A program made the position numbers and the translations under genes. A stretch of DNA of 64,000 nucleotides, from positions 8,726 to 72,725 of the forward strand of contig JBAVUP010000161.1 of NCBI GenBank assembly GCA_049696835.1. The letters are read 5' to 3'. Origin of the DNA: Desulfobaccales bacterium. Its GTDB lineage: Bacteria; Desulfobacterota; Desulfobaccia; Desulfobaccales; 0-14-0-80-60-11. Each line of letters begins with the position of its first letter. Position 1 is the first letter of the stretch. This document shows positions 20,562-29,252 of the stretch, one piece after another. The notes below the pieces were generated by a model. The model saw only the letters and a list, made by a program, of their open reading frames with translations. It was not told where the DNA came from and made no database searches.

Positions 20562-20663
20562 GATCCGGGCGCCGGTGACGCCCGCCACATTATATGCCCA
20601 GACCCGGCAACCCGCCCGGGATAATGCATCTGCGGATTTTCGGATGTTCCGGTCTGTCCGGGT

Positions 20664-21464
20664 ATGATAGAGTACCCGGCGAGGAGATGCAGGCGGATGG
20701 TGGATTGGCAGATAGCCGACGGACTCACGTATTATCGCAGCCCCGTGCTGGCCGCCTTGCCGGAGGTCGCCCACGGCTTTTTCACCCGCCGGGGCGGGGT
20801 GAGCGCCGGGCCGTATCACAGTCTCAATGTCAGTCTGGCGGTGGGCGACCGGCGGGAGTTGGTGGCCCGGAACCAGCGCCGCCTGCAACAGGCCCTGGGC
20901 TTGGCGGGCCTGGCCGGCGCCGTTCAGGTGCACGGCGGCCGGGCCGCGGTGATCACCGCCGCCGGCCAGGTCCCGGTGGCGGATATCCCGGAGGTGGACA
21001 TCCTCATTACCACTGTATCCGGTCTGGGCCTGCTCATCAAGCAGGCCGACTGCCAGGCGGTGATGTTCTATGACCCCGTGCACCGGGTGGTGGCCAACGT
21101 GCATTGCGGCTGGCGTGGGCAAGTCGCCAATATCCTGGGTGAGTCGGTGAACCTGCTGCAGTCCCGGTTCGGGACCCGCCCCTCAGACCTCTACGCCGTG
21201 GTGGGCCCGAGTCTGGGACCCTGCTGCGCCGAGTTCCGCAACTTCCGCCAGGAATTTCCCCCGGCCCTGTGGACCTACCAGGTGCGGCCCACCTACTTCG
21301 ACCTCTGGCGGTTCAGCCGCGATCAACTGCTGGCGGCGGGGCTCTCCCCGGCGCGCCTCGACCTCGCCGGCCTCTGCACCCGGTGCCAGGCCGCCGAGTT
21401 CTACTCCTATCGCCGGGACCGGCTGACCGGCCGCCAGGGAGCCGTCATCGCCCTGCGACCCTGA
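20664..21464 (+). CDS. pgeF: Purine nucleoside phosphorylase / peptidoglycan editing factor YfiH/PgeF family
   Basis: Contains HGFFTRRGGVS.GPY.SLN, DCQAVMF and HCGWRG. An alternative start is the ATG at 20697 (MVDWQ). Confidence 0.85.
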   Translation: MIEYPARRCRRMVDWQIADGLTYYRSPVLAALPEVAHGFFTRRGGVSAGPYHSLNVSLAVGDRRELVARNQRRLQQALGLAGLAGAVQVHGGRAAVITAAGQVPVADIPEVDILITTVSGLGLLIKQADCQAVMFYDPVHRVVANVHCGWRGQVANILGESVNLLQSRFGTRPSDLYAVVGPSLGPCCAEFRNFRQEFPPALWTYQVRPTYFDLWRFSRDQLLAAGLSPARLDLAGLCTRCQAAEFYSYRRDRLTGRQGAVIALRP

Positions 21465-21593
21465 ACCTCCTCCCCCGTCCGCGGTGGCAGCCTCCCCTGC
21501 CCCCGGCCTGGGGCAAGAGCGCCCTCTGCCAGGATGGCCAGGGCCGCCTCTAAAAACGCCAGCCCCTCTAAAGCTGAACCTGGTGGGCTAAGG

Positions 21594-21737
21594 TTATTGC
21601 TGCCCTTCCTTCTTGAAGAACTTCTCCTTCAAATCGGTGCAGACTTTTTTGCCCGACTGGGTAACCTGGTCCACCTGCTGAGGATATTTGTAGCCCACAA
21701 AGACACCAACGATAAAAGCGACAATGATTAAAAACAT
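21594..21737 (-). CDS. Small membrane protein (47 aa), not in the ORF track
   Basis: Manual translation of the minus strand gives MFLIIVAFIVGVFVGYKYPQQVDQVTQSGKKVCTDLKEKFFKKEGQQ*. It has one N-terminal TM helix, an RBS (GGAAGGGAAAG) upstream, and lies 75 nt downstream of the HEAT-repeat gene. Confidence 0.5.
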   Translation of the reverse strand: MFLIIVAFIVGVFVGYKYPQQVDQVTQSGKKVCTDLKEKFFKKEGQQ

Positions 21738-21812
21738 CTGGCTTTCCCTTCCTTATCCTTGGGTTAATCTGATGCGCATGCACAGAAAAAGGTGAGTGTC
21801 CGCTTTCTCGAT

Positions 21813-22490
21813 TCAGGCTAAAGCATCCATGGCCTCTTGGGCCACCTGTCCCACGGTGGCCTGGAACAGCTCCCCCCGATCGTAGAGCTGCACCGGGTGG
21901 CCGTCCCCCAAAAGCGTCGCCAGCGCGCCGGCAACCGGGCGGTACCGGGCTTTGCCGAGACACCAGGCGGCCAGGGCCCGCACCTGCGGCTCCGGGCTTG
22001 TGAGAAAAGGTGCAATACGGGGCAAAACTTCAACCAGCAGTTCCGGATGCACTTCCGCCATCCGGCCGACGCCCCACAGCATCGGTTCCAGGGTGAACGT
22101 TTCTCCCAGAAAGCCGATGAACATGGGGATGATCTCTTTGATCAGGGAGACCCGGTGCCGGCCGATCTCCCCCAGGGCCGCGGCCGCCCCCCACCCCGTA
22201 CTGCCCGAATCCTCATTGACCAGGTAGAGGAGCCGGTTGATGAGTTTGTGCACCTGTTCCGGATGGGCTCCGGCCACGTGCCCCAACCCCTCCAGGGCTC
22301 GCCAATGCAGGAGGTCGCCGGGATCATAGAGAAATTGCATCAGGATGGCCGCCACCCCGCGATCCCGGCCGGCCAGTTCCTCCAAACCCTGGAAATCCCC
22401 GGCCTTGAGCCGCGTTACCACCTCTTCCCGCACCTGGCGCCGACTGGGTCGCAAAACGGTGGTTTCTCTCCGGGCGCGGCCAAGGCCCAC
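21813..22490 (-). CDS. HEAT-repeat protein (DVU0298-like)
   Basis: Helical repeats with PQVRALAAWCLGK-type HEAT signatures and a GTG start. The family assignment is from memory. Confidence 0.65.
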   Translation of the reverse strand: MGLGRARRETTVLRPSRRQVREEVVTRLKAGDFQGLEELAGRDRGVAAILMQFLYDPGDLLHWRALEGLGHVAGAHPEQVHKLINRLLYLVNEDSGSTGWGAAAALGEIGRHRVSLIKEIIPMFIGFLGETFTLEPMLWGVGRMAEVHPELLVEVLPRIAPFLTSPEPQVRALAAWCLGKARYRPVAGALATLLGDGHPVQLYDRGELFQATVGQVAQEAMDALA

Positions 22491-22528
22491 CCGTTGCTAA
22501 CGGGCCGGCGTACGCCCCAACCTATGGC

Positions 22529-22939
22529 TTAAAAGGGGATATCGTCTTCAGGCATGCCGCCCGGCGGCTGTTCAAAGGGAGCTTCCGGCTCTTGAGCCCG
22601 ATTGCCTGGGCCCGGGCCTCCCAGCATCTGCATATTTTCGGCGACGATGTCGGTGGTGTAGTGCTTCACACCGTCCTTTTCATAAGACCCGTACTCAATC
22701 CGGCCTTCAATCATCACCTGTTTGCCCTTGGAAAGATATTGGCCGCAAATTTCCGCCAGTTTGCGCCAGACCACGATGCGGTGCCACTCGGTCTTTTCCT
22801 GCTTCTGTCCATCTCTGCCGGTGAATCTCCGGCTGGTGGCCAGGGAGAACTTGCACACCGCGGTGCCGTCGGCGGTATAACGCATCTCCGGATCAGCCCC
22901 CAGATTCCCTATCAGAATAACCTTGTTGACCCCGGCCAT
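22529..22939 (-). CDS. ssb: Single-stranded DNA-binding protein
   Basis: OB-fold N-terminus NKVILIGNLGADPEMRY, a W..V.W motif, a Gly/Pro-rich tail and the acidic tip DDIPF. The start is MAGVNK at 22939. Confidence 0.93.
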   Translation of the reverse strand: MAGVNKVILIGNLGADPEMRYTADGTAVCKFSLATSRRFTGRDGQKQEKTEWHRIVVWRKLAEICGQYLSKGKQVMIEGRIEYGSYEKDGVKHYTTDIVAENMQMLGGPGPGNRAQEPEAPFEQPPGGMPEDDIPF

Positions 22940-23175
22940 GATCCCTCCTGTGACCGCGCATAAGTTACCTCCATCCTCTATCATAGAAAAGAGGGCTGAT
23001 CAAGGTCTTATGCGGCCGCCTCCTTGATGGGGGAATTGCGAAAAAATTTGATCTTTATCCCTCCCACGCTTCCCGGGGTTGGCAAGCGGGTTTCCGGACA
23101 TTATACTTTAGGCGTGGAAATTTGCGCGGCGCAGCGCGTTCGCGTTATCTGCATAATATTCTGGTTGGACTGACC

Positions 23176-23967
23176 ATGAACCCGACTCGCGGGATGCAGT
23201 TCCTGGGATGTATAGCTTTGATCCTCCTGGCCGCCACCGCCGGGCTGAACGCCGCCCCCGCCGCCCTGACCGAAGCCGATACCCTCCTGAAGAGCGCCAC
23301 GTTGGACGCAGCTCAGGCCGAGAAGGCCCTGAGCTTGTACGAAGAACTGCTTTCCGCCAACGCGGCTCCCCGCCCCCTGGTCCTGGCGCGGCTGGCCCGC
23401 ACCTGCTTTATCCTGGGGCAACTGACCCCCAAGAAATATTGTGAAGGGCATTACCGCAGGGGCAAGGTTTATGCCGACACCCTGATCCATGAAGACCCCA
23501 ACCGGGTTGAGGGCCACTATTGGCTGGCCCTCAATCTTTGCGGTTTAGCCGAAAATTGCGGCTATATGATGGCCCGCCGGCTCCTGCCTCAAATCATGCA
23601 GGAGCTCGAGCGCGCCGTGGTCCTGGATGCAACCTACGAACAGGCCGGGGCCCACCGGGTACTGGGCCGCATCTATTATGAGGCCCCCGCCTGGCCCATG
23701 TCCGTGGGCGACCTGCACAAATCCCTTAAACACCTCCAGACCGCGGTGCGCCTGGCCCCGGAGAACAGCACCAACCACCTGTACCTGGCCCAGACCCTTT
23801 ACCGCCTTCATGAGCGCGTCCCGGCCCGAGAGGAATTGGCACGGGTGCTGAAAAGCACCCGGCATGCCGATAAGCCCCAGGATCTGGAGGAGGACAAGCA
23901 GAAAGCCCGGCGCCTGCTGGCGGACAGGGACCAGCCGGGTTCTCCTCACCTGGGATCATCACCATAG
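23176..23967 (+). CDS. Secreted helical/TPR-like protein (TatT-like, tentative)
   Basis: A signal peptide (LILLAATAGLNAA) is followed by helical repeats. The start is the ATG at 23176. The functional call is weak. Confidence 0.55.
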   Translation: MNPTRGMQFLGCIALILLAATAGLNAAPAALTEADTLLKSATLDAAQAEKALSLYEELLSANAAPRPLVLARLARTCFILGQLTPKKYCEGHYRRGKVYADTLIHEDPNRVEGHYWLALNLCGLAENCGYMMARRLLPQIMQELERAVVLDATYEQAGAHRVLGRIYYEAPAWPMSVGDLHKSLKHLQTAVRLAPENSTNHLYLAQTLYRLHERVPAREELARVLKSTRHADKPQDLEEDKQKARRLLADRDQPGSPHLGSSP

Positions 23968-24008
23968 GGTTGTCATGGGTATTCCCTTTAAATAAGTTGG
24001 CCGTTACT

Positions 24009-24065
24009 GTAGGGGCGGACCCATGTGTCCGCCCTTGTTTTTAGGGCGCACACGCAGGTGCGCCC
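24009..24065. repeat. Two adjacent GTAG/TAGG-headed REP-like hairpins
   Basis: The hairpins are gtaggGGCGGACccatgtGTCCGCCc and tagGGCGCACacgcagGTGCGCCcttacaaa. The same design recurs at 34491, 38335, 58299 (inverted), 27011 and 38279. Confidence 0.85.
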
Positions 24066-24190
24066 TTACAAAACTTTGTCAAATTATATCTGGGATGCAA
24101 CACTAGCTGAATCTTTTTGAACTGGCAGAGACAAGATGCGCAAGACCCCCATCTGGGAGCCCCCTTTCGCTCATCCCGGGTCTTGGCTAA

Positions 24191-24218
24191 AAGCTGAAAG
24201 CTGACTGCTGATAGCTGA
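24191..24218. repeat. Heptanucleotide array (NNGCTGA)x4
   Basis: Sequence is aagctga aagctga ctgctga tagctga. It ends 2 nt before the recJ stop codon, so the recJ mRNA carries (UCAGCNN)n right after its stop. Confidence 0.9.
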
Positions 24219-24220
24219 TT

Positions 24221-25927
24221 CTACGGCTTCCCCCAATCCAGCAGCCGCAGGTCCGGGGCGGCCCGTCCCTGATACTGCGATACCCTGGTGCTCAGGGCCA
24301 CATCCAGGGTGCCGGTGAGCGGGTGGCTGGCCCCCCGGTCAAAGGCAATGGCCTCCAGCACCTGCCCGGCCTGGGCCAGTTGCACCCGCAGGTGCCGCTC
24401 TCCCACCACCCGGGACCCCAGGCATTCCACCTCCTGGCACACCAGGACCGGCGCCGGGTTGCCGGGACCGAACGGCCGCAGGGATTCCAGGTGCTGGTAA
24501 AACACGCCGTTCAGTTCCGCCAGCGTCACCTGGGCGTCGACTTTGAGGGTGGGCCGGCGCGGTTGGGGCCCCACCTGCTCGACCACGGCTTGCTCCAGGA
24601 GTTCGCGAAAGTGCGCCAGATTATCCGCCGCCACCTCAAAGCCCGCGGCAAACTCATGCCCCCCGTACTTGTGGAGCGCCTGGCGGCAGGCGTGCAATCC
24701 CCGAAATAAATGAAATCCTTCGACGGACCGGGCGGAGCCCCGGCCCACCCCGTTGGTGAGGCTCACCAGGGCCACGGGCCGGTGATACTCTTCCGCCAGG
24801 CGGGCCGCCACGATGCCGATCACCCCGGGATGCCAGCCCTCGCCCGCCAGGACCAGCGCCGGCCGCGTCCCCAGGCCTTCCCGGCCAATCAGGGCCGCGG
24901 CCACCTGCAGCACCTCCTCTTCCAGGGCCTGACGCTGCCGGTTGAGGTTCTGAAGATAGTTAGCCTGAACCCGCGCCTGTTGCAGATCATCGCTCAGGAG
25001 CAACTCCAGGGCGCACCGGGCCTGGCCCAGGCGGCCGGCGGCATTGAGCCGGGGCGCCAGCTTGAAGACCACGTCCCGGTAAGTGATGGGTTTGCCTTCC
25101 AGCCCCACCACTTCTTTCAGGGCCACCAGCCCGGGACGGCGGCTCTCCTCCAGGACCATGAGCCCCTGGCGCATCAGGATGCGGTTTTCCCCCAACAGCG
25201 GCACCACGTCCGCCGCGGTGCCCAGGGCCACCAGGTCAAGGTACGATCTGAGGTTGGGCTCCCGGCGCTCCCGGAACCAGCCTTCCGCCCGGAGCTCCGC
25301 CCGCACCCCCAGGGCCAAGAGCAGCGCCACCCCCACCCCGGCCAGTTCCCCAAAGGGGTAATCGGAGCCCTGGCGCTTGGGATTGACCACGGCCACGGCC
25401 GGGGGCAGCTCCGGGGGAATCTCGTGGTGATCGGTGATGATCACCTCCAGCCCGTGGGCCTGAGCCCAGGCCACCTCGGAGGCGTCGCTGATGCCGCAAT
25501 CCACCGTCACCAGCAGCCGGGCCCGGGCCGCCAGTTCCTTCAGGGCCTCGAGCTTGAGGCCGTAACCCTCGGTCAGCCGATCGGGGATATAAGGAATACC
25601 GGTAAGGCCTAATTCCCGCAAAAACTGGTACAGCACCGCGGTGGCGGTGAGGCCGTCGGCGTCATAATCGCCGTAGATCGCCACTGCCTCTCCCTGGCGC
25701 ACCGCCCGACCCAGGCGGGCCGCGGCGGTCTCCAGGTCCGGCAGGCCGAAGGGCGGATAGAGGCGCTCCAGGGACGGGTCCAGATACGCCAGGATGTCGT
25801 CCGCGGCGGCGAGCCCCCGATTCAACAGGATGCGGGCCACCAACGGCGGCAGATTATGGCGGGCCGTGACCTCAGCCACCAACTCCGGCTGATTCGGATA
25901 TACCTGCCAGGCCTTCTTACGGCGCAA
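24221..25927 (-). CDS. recJ: Single-stranded-DNA-specific exonuclease RecJ
   Basis: DHH-family motifs are present: DYDADG, ITDHH and the DHHA1 motif YGGHEFAAG. Confidence 0.93.
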   Translation of the reverse strand: MRRKKAWQVYPNQPELVAEVTARHNLPPLVARILLNRGLAAADDILAYLDPSLERLYPPFGLPDLETAAARLGRAVRQGEAVAIYGDYDADGLTATAVLYQFLRELGLTGIPYIPDRLTEGYGLKLEALKELAARARLLVTVDCGISDASEVAWAQAHGLEVIITDHHEIPPELPPAVAVVNPKRQGSDYPFGELAGVGVALLLALGVRAELRAEGWFRERREPNLRSYLDLVALGTAADVVPLLGENRILMRQGLMVLEESRRPGLVALKEVVGLEGKPITYRDVVFKLAPRLNAAGRLGQARCALELLLSDDLQQARVQANYLQNLNRQRQALEEEVLQVAAALIGREGLGTRPALVLAGEGWHPGVIGIVAARLAEEYHRPVALVSLTNGVGRGSARSVEGFHLFRGLHACRQALHKYGGHEFAAGFEVAADNLAHFRELLEQAVVEQVGPQPRRPTLKVDAQVTLAELNGVFYQHLESLRPFGPGNPAPVLVCQEVECLGSRVVGERHLRVQLAQAGQVLEAIAFDRGASHPLTGTLDVALSTRVSQYQGRAAPDLRLLDWGKP

Positions 25928-25940
25928 TCTGGGCTCCTTT

Positions 25941-26078
25941 CAGTCGCCAGCTATCAGTGATCAGTAGGCAGTCTTGCGTAGGGTGCGTTTTACGCACCAT
26001 TATACTCGTTCCCAAGCTCCTGCTTGGGAACGATGAAATTTCAGCCCAAGCTCTGCTTGGGCACCTTATCGAGTAATT
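25941..26078. repeat. Composite: (CAGNNNN)x5 array + GTAG-REP hairpin + ~80-nt double-hairpin element (copy A)
   Basis: The array is cagtcgc cagctat cagtgat cagtagg cagtctt. It is followed by gtagGGTGCGttttaCGCACC. Then come GTTCCCAAGCtcctGCTTGGGAAC and GCCCAAGCtctGCTTGGGC. Confidence 0.85.
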
Positions 26079-26110
26079 ATTTCTCTCCGAGCCCGGCAAT
26101 AGTTACTATA

Positions 26111-26167
26111 ACTGCTCACCGCTTACTGCTTACTGCTCACTGCTCACTGCTTACTGCTCACCGCTCA
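26111..26167. repeat. Heptanucleotide array (ACYGCTY)x8
   Basis: Eight consecutive 7-nt units directly abut the TAG stop of the 26168..26884 gene. On its mRNA they read (U[GA]AGC[AG]G)n. Confidence 0.92.
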
Positions 26168-26884
26168 CTACTCCACCGTCTCCCCCGGTTTCAAGGGAAT
26201 CACCGTGATCTCCGGCTCGCCCTTGAGACGCTCGATAAGCTCTTCCGCGGTGCCGGTGAGCACCGGGAAGGTGCCGTAGTGCATGGGGATCACCCAGCGG
26301 GGCTTCAGCATCTTGCAGGCCAGGGCCGCCTCCAGCGGGCTCATGACGTAATGGCTGCCGATGGGCAGCATGGCCAACTCCGGATGGTAGAGCTCCCGGA
26401 TGAGTTCCATGTCCTTGAAGACCGCGGTGTCCCCCGCGTGGTAGGCTACGAAGCCGTTGGGAAACTCTATGACAAAGCCGCCGGGGTCGCCCGCGGCGAT
26501 GAGTTTGCCCCCTTCCTCCACCGCCGAGGAATGCACCGCCTGGGTCATGGTGACCTTACACCCGGCGATGGCCATGGTCCCCCCCTTGTTCATGCCGATG
26601 GTCCGGGGGGCCCCCTGCCCTGCCAAAATCACCGACAGCTCGTGGATGGCCACCAGCGCCGCGCCGCTCGCCTTTGCCACCGCCACGGCTTCCCCCACGT
26701 GGTCGCCGTGGCCGTGGGTCACCAGGATGAGGTCCACCCGGCCCACCTTGTCCACCGGCGTATTGAACAGCGGATTACTGAGCCAGGGGTCGATGAGCAC
26801 GCTCACGCCCCCGCCCGTTAATTTGAAGGCCGCATGGCCCAGGAAGGTGATGCTGACCCCGCGGCCGATCCTGACGTTTGTCAT
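26168..26884 (-). CDS. Metal-dependent hydrolase, beta-lactamase fold (UPF0173-like)
   Basis: Contains ITFLGHAAFKL, VLIDPW and LILVTHGHGDHVG. Confidence 0.82.
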   Translation of the reverse strand: MTNVRIGRGVSITFLGHAAFKLTGGGVSVLIDPWLSNPLFNTPVDKVGRVDLILVTHGHGDHVGEAVAVAKASGAALVAIHELSVILAGQGAPRTIGMNKGGTMAIAGCKVTMTQAVHSSAVEEGGKLIAAGDPGGFVIEFPNGFVAYHAGDTAVFKDMELIRELYHPELAMLPIGSHYVMSPLEAALACKMLKPRWVIPMHYGTFPVLTGTAEELIERLKGEPEITVIPLKPGETVE

Positions 26885-26929
26885 GGCACCCTCCGAGCTT
26901 CTAGTCTTAGTCGGATTAACTGGCTTTTT

Positions 26930-27030
26930 TTATACTCGTTCCCAAGCTGTGCTTGGGAACGAAAACTTTTCAGTCCAAGCTCTGCTTGGACACTTTATCG
27001 GTTAATTCTAGTGGGCAGTGCCCACCCTAC
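26930..27030. repeat. Double-hairpin element (copy B) + inverted REP hairpin
   Basis: Sequence is tatactcGTTCCCAAGCtgtGCTTGGGAACg...GTCCAAGCtctGCTTGGAC, followed by GTGGGCAgTGCCCACcctac. Confidence 0.85.
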
Positions 27031-27109
27031 ATTTATCTTCCGTCAGCTTTTGAAAGCTTAGAGCTGACCGCTTCCTTACCCCACCATAGCTTCCAGAGCA
27101 TCCAGATTT

Positions 27110-27189
27110 TTTATACTCGTTCCCAAGCTCCTGCTTGGGAACGACATTTTTCAGCCCAAGCTCTGCTTGGGCACCTTATCTAGTAATTT
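27110..27189. repeat. Double-hairpin element (copy C)
   Basis: Near-identical to 26000-26078: ttatactcgttcccaagctcctgcttgggaacga...cagcccaagctctgcttgggcaccttatc. Confidence 0.9.
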
Positions 27190-27252
27190 TCATGAGAACC
27201 CCCGGCAGGCATGGTCCACCGAAAAATTTTAACAACTTCAGAACGCGGTCTT

Positions 27253-27287
27253 TTCCTGAAAGCTAAAAGCTGACCTCTGACCGCTGC
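27253..27287. repeat. Heptanucleotide array (NNSCTRA-like)x5
   Basis: Sequence is ttcctga aagctaa aagctga cctctga ccgctgc. It ends 1 nt before the K+ channel stop codon. Confidence 0.85.
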
Positions 27288-27288
27288 C

Positions 27289-28281
27289 TTAACCCACCAT
27301 GGCTTCCAGGGCATCCAGATTTTTCCGCAGCCCCAGGGCGATGAGGGTGTCTCCCGCCAGAATGGGGGTCTCATGGCTGGGGTTGAAGAGCATGTCGCCG
27401 TCGGCCCGTTTAATCGCCACCAGGATGAGGTCCAGCTTTTGGCGGATTCCCGAGTCCTTGAGCGGCACTCCCAAGAGAGGCGAAGTCTGGCCCACCGCGA
27501 TCTCTTCCATGCTCCATTCCACCCCCTCCTTCATGGCCAGTTCCATGAAGGTTACCACCGTGGGATGGAGAATGGTGTGGGCCATTTTCTGCCCCCCCAT
27601 ATGATAGGGCGACTCTACCTTGTCGGCCCCGGCCCGCAGGAGTTTCTGTTCCGCACCCGGTTCTTCCCCCCGGGCCACGATGAAGAGCTGCGGGTTGAGG
27701 CTGCGGGCGGTTAGGACAATATAGACGTTGTCGGCGTCCGAGGCCACCACCGCCACCAGTCCCTTGGCCCGCTCGATCCCCGCCTCCAGCAGGACCTCAT
27801 CCCGGGTAGCGTCCCCCATGATGAAGTAATAACCTAGTTCCTCCAGCCGGGTGATTTGCTCCGGATTTTTATCGACGACCACCAGGGACAGGCCGCGGCC
27901 GGTGAGCTGCCGGGCGATGATTTCCCCGATGCGCCCGAAGCCGCAGATGATGTAATGATTTTTCAGGCTCTTGATATGTTTGATCAATTTGCGCTTTCCT
28001 AAGACCGCCCGCAGTTCTCCTTCGATCACCACCCGGGCCAGGGAGCCGACGATATAGAGCATGACCCCCATGCCGGCGAGGATCAGCACCATATTATAGA
28101 TGCGCCCCACGTGGTCCAGGGGGTGAACCTCCCCGTAGCCCACGGTGGTCAGGGTGGTCACCGTCATGTATAGGGCGTCAAAGAAATTCCAGCCTTCCAG
28201 CCAGACGAAACCCAGGCTGCCGCCCACCAGCAAGGCCACCAGGCAGGCGGTCCACTGGGCGATTTTACGGAAGGTTACCAT
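27289..28281 (-). CDS. Potassium channel with RCK/TrkA-N domain
   Basis: Two TM helices flank the selectivity filter TTVGYGE. A Rossmann-type RCK domain follows (IICGFGRIGEIIARQL). Confidence 0.9.
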   Translation of the reverse strand: MVTFRKIAQWTACLVALLVGGSLGFVWLEGWNFFDALYMTVTTLTTVGYGEVHPLDHVGRIYNMVLILAGMGVMLYIVGSLARVVIEGELRAVLGKRKLIKHIKSLKNHYIICGFGRIGEIIARQLTGRGLSLVVVDKNPEQITRLEELGYYFIMGDATRDEVLLEAGIERAKGLVAVVASDADNVYIVLTARSLNPQLFIVARGEEPGAEQKLLRAGADKVESPYHMGGQKMAHTILHPTVVTFMELAMKEGVEWSMEEIAVGQTSPLLGVPLKDSGIRQKLDLILVAIKRADGDMLFNPSHETPILAGDTLIALGLRKNLDALEAMVG

Positions 28282-28538
28282 TGGCCCTGTGGATATGCAA
28301 GCTCAGGATAATTATTTGGCATTATTGGAGGAAACCTCGCAGACGTTCAATGCCAGATGCGACTTGTGCACCTTCTTACCGCAACTCCCGCTGCTTTACT
28401 TCGTCAGAGAGCCCTTTACGCCGATGGGTTGCCTTCTTGAAAGTCTCCTCAATGGCTCGCTGCGGCTAGTCCAGTTTGGATTCCCGCAAACGATTCTGCG
28501 ATGGTGAGGATTTGAACCCTGGGGAACCATCCTTGCAT

Positions 28539-28880
28539 TCAAGACTCTCCCAACTCATTGAGGATGGCAGTTACATGCTTCTTTAATTCCGGCAACTCTC
28601 GCTCCACCACATTCCAGACCGGCGGCAGGTCGATGTCGAAATAGTCATGCACCAGAATATGACGCATTCCGATGATCTTCGACCACGGAATTTCGGGATG
28701 GCGATTTCTCACCGATGCTGACAACGAACGGCAGGCTTCGCCGATAATCTGGAGATGGCGAAGGAACCATGCCTGGATCAGTTCATCCGCCTGGAAAGCG
28801 GTACGTCCTTTGGCGACATATTTCCCAATATGCTCAATGGCTTCAAGGATATCGCGCAATCTTTCGCGATCATCCCTCAT
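28539..28880 (-). CDS. hepT: HepT-like (DUF86) ribonuclease toxin
   Basis: Contains [14 protein letters not shown] and an R..IVHDY-type motif ([10 protein letters not shown]). It overlaps the upstream MNT gene by 4 nt. Confidence 0.85.
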   Translation of the reverse strand: MRDDRERLRDILEAIEHIGKYVAKGRTAFQADELIQAWFLRHLQIIGEACRSLSASVRNRHPEIPWSKIIGMRHILVHDYFDIDLPPVWNVVERELPELKKHVTAILNELGES

Positions 28881-29167
28881 AACGGCACCGCCTCTTGCAG
28901 CACGCGGTCACGGATGCGCGTTTTTAAGCCTCTCTCGGTTACCACATCAACCTTACACCCCAAAAGGTCCTCCAGGTCCGCCAAAAATCCACCTAAATCC
29001 AAAAGGCTGCGGTTCGGCTCCATTTCCACCAGCACATCCACATCGCTAGCCTCATCCGCCTCCCCTCGGGCCACGGAGCCAAAAATACGGACGTTATAGA
29101 CCCCGTGCTGAGCGGCGATTTTCAAGATTTCTTGGCGTTTCTCTTGTATCACCTTATTCAGGGCCAT
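28877..29167 (-). CDS. mntA: MntA-type minimal nucleotidyltransferase antitoxin
   Basis: Has the GS...D.D nucleotidyltransferase motif ([21 protein letters not shown]). The ATG at 29167 (MALNK) is preferred over the TTG at 29194. Confidence 0.85.
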   Translation of the reverse strand: MALNKVIQEKRQEILKIAAQHGVYNVRIFGSVARGEADEASDVDVLVEMEPNRSLLDLGGFLADLEDLLGCKVDVVTERGLKTRIRDRVLQEAVPL

Positions 29168-29252
29168 GACCGGACCCCTCCTCCGGATTAGCAAACCATA
29201 ATCTCCACTATGACAAAATGGCGGGGCGGTGGCTCACCGCCCCGGTGACGGT

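Noticed and set aside
26111-26167. Heptad arrays and REP clusters as possible CRISPR arrays.
   Set aside because: The units are 7 nt with no spacers, and the REP hairpins are not regularly spaced. No cas genes are present in the window.
28376-28510. Possible decayed minus-strand ORF just downstream of hepT, reading ...QNRLRESKLD*PQRAIEETFKKATHRRKGLSDEVKQRELR*.
   Set aside because: It is interrupted by an in-frame stop and has no start or RBS. I cannot confidently name a family. It might be a pseudogene remnant, but it is unsupported.
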